Assembly (NCBI GenBank): GCA_965213685.1
Contig: CBDBZY010000018.1
Coordinates: 416,001 to 480,000, forward strand
Length of the DNA: 64,000 bases
DNA from: a bacterium
Lineage (GTDB): Bacteria > UBA8248
Direction: 5' to 3'
A model generated the notes under the pieces. It did no database searches. It was not told the DNA's origin and saw only the letters and a list, made by a program, of their open reading frames with translations. Made by a program: the position numbers and the translations under genes. Shown one piece after another: positions 62,001-64,000 of the stretch. Position 1 is the stretch's first letter, and the number at the start of each line of letters is the position of its first letter.

Positions 62001-62450
62001 GCATTTCACTGGAAGGCATGGAAGAGCCTTTGTCTGAGGCAACAGCTAATTCACCAGCAAGAGCTGATGTCGAGGTTTCAGGAGCTGTAGTAGGAGCAAT
62101 ACTTGACATCTTATCACAAACAGGGTCAAGAATAGGAGATATGTTGCCATTGTGCTGCATACTGATACATGTAAATGAGCCATTTGTGTCATCATTCTCC
62201 AAGACCACCACTGCAGGTGATAAAGTGCCATCCACCAGAGAGCTGTTGCTAGGGGGGTGCACTGAAGTTGCAACTGCTGCATCTGATGGTCTTGTGCAGT
62301 GTTCAATGCGCCAACCTGTTTGCAGGCTGACCTTCTCCCAATCCTTTCCCAGCGCAAGCAAGGTGCTTTCATCAGCATGCAGTATGAACCACCGCTTAGG
62401 CTTTCCAGAAGAGGAAATTGCAAATTTTCTGTTTACTTTCAAAGGGGTAC
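59070..62450 (-). mobile_element. Decayed CR1-group LINE (ORF1 remnant, APE endonuclease, RT)
   Basis: YYNARS, IVETWL, RHGGGV, GDFN, YRPISLL, KAFDSV, SGVPQGSVLGP, YADG (catalytic Asp lost); frameshifts. Confidence 0.92.
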
Positions 62451-62454
62451 TTAT

Positions 62455-63415
62455 TTAAAAGAAATTAAAACAAAAGTAAGGCATGCAAGAAAAGACTGTC
62501 AGGCTTGTACGTTTAGGAGTCAAGTGCGTAGTCTGGCCTCCAAGGCGACGAGGTCAACTGAAGGCAGGGGTTGCTTGGCGGCGCGTCCACCGGTGGAGCG
62601 GGAGCCCCAGATACAGCGAATGGAGGAGCGGAGGAGGCAGAAGGATAGACAGCATCTTAGCCAGGCCATGGTGGTACTGTACGGCTGGTCACGTTTGGTG
62701 GCGAGCATTGAGGCGAGTCTTTTGAAGCATACAGTTGCGGCATTGCCAAGGCCTTCTGTGAGTGATAGAACCAGAGGGGTGAAGGAGCCTCGTTCGATCT
62801 CTCGAACGCGTTGTTCGTAGGCACGCTTTTTGATGTTTTCATGTTTCCTGCATGTGGCAGGCGGAGATGGGTTGCCGATTCGAGGTGGCATAGGGGTTAT
62901 GCACTCAGACATCAAGTGGTGACCACCCCAGAATCCGCTGGCAGCAATATCTAGCCTCGCTCCATCCTCTGTGATTGCTGAGGCTCCCGTGAGGGTCTCA
63001 CCAGTCAAGGGTTGCAAGGTGGGCTCTGCATGTGCAGACATCGTGACACACCTCAGCCATCAAGTCTGCTGTGAGGTCTCGTACTTCACTGTGTCTTCGT
63101 GTTGGGAAACCGTTGGGCAGAACAGGGCATGTTGCACGGTGAAGTTTGACCCGTAAGAGCAGTGGGTGGGGAGGTTCGGAGGTGGCCAGCCATACCTCAG
63201 GGCAACAGCATCGCGAAATGCACCCTTGTGGAGGGAAAGGTTGAACTCCTCAAGCGGGAGTGCAGTAAGCCAACTTGACGCACCCTTCTCCTGTGCGAGG
63301 TCCATAGCACGCTGCAGGGACTCTGGGACCGAGTTTTTGAGGGTAGAGGCAGACACGGTGGCTTTGTTGTGTCGTTGCCGCTTAGCGGACTTCTTTGCGT
63401 TAATTGACAATGTAT
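62455..63415 (-). mobile_element. 3' fragment of a CRE-like non-LTR retrotransposon (zinc knuckle + restriction-like endonuclease)
   Basis: GASSWLTALP..FRDAVALRYG..HALFC; RLDIAASGFW..HENIKKRAY..FTPLV; frameshifted. Confidence 0.8.
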
Positions 63416-64000
63416 AGTGGGAGAGAATAGCTCTGTGTTTTCTCAGCGAGTTGGCATAGCTACGTAAGTTATCTGTGAAGACATCGGGTGTGCTTGTGTG
63501 TGTGTAACATTATAATGGACATGGTTTTATGGAGGATTTGAGTGGGGAGGAACGACATACGTATACCTACTGATTAGGCGTTTCCATGCTGAAATGTATT
63601 TGAACAGAAGGACCTAATTTTATATAAGATCATCTAAAATAGAAATACCACATTAACCTATGAGCATAGCCGGTATTGGAAATGCGACGGTCTTTGAATT
63701 TTTCATCACTGTCTGTTGTAGTTTGCACATACACTTATGTAATAAGTAAACATAGTTCAATCTTATTATGCTTTCATTCATTTATCTGGGCTGTGGCTCG
63801 GTTAGCAAATACTAAAAGGGGGGGATCCCAAGCCCCGAGTGTCTCCATCCCACCCGATAAGAACCCAGTCATATAATCATTATTGTCACGAGAGTCAAAC
63901 TGCAGATTGTTTGAGCAATGATGAAGTGCTGTACACGTAACAAATTGCACAAGCAGAAGTTGATCTCAACAAATGTAGCTGAGTCTTCTATTTCATCCTT

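Overview
Intron-rich, repeat-rich invertebrate animal DNA; a demosponge-like origin is inferred from the gene and repeat style only. The main structure is a 13-kb IS3EU-like DNA transposon (7379-20364; 124-bp TIRs, 6-bp TSD TTTCCT). It carries a spliced DDE integrase gene and, convergent with it, an apparently intact multi-exon cargo gene (N-terminal domain + Ig-like domain + non-RD RIPK-like kinase). A complete 6.7-kb EnSpm/CACTA element (12673-19380; transposase + SAM-domain gene) sits in one integrase intron. Host genes: two paralogous Kelch-repeat genes about 51 kb apart, with near-identical intron blocks but diversified exons, and a Roc-COR-ZU5-Death gene ending in a hydrophobic tail. Also present: a tRNA-like cloverleaf with CUA anticodon (two copies), a Helitron-like tandem duplication with orphan exon fragments, four decayed LINEs, many MITEs and micro/minisatellites. 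Exon boundaries were read by eye and are approximate.
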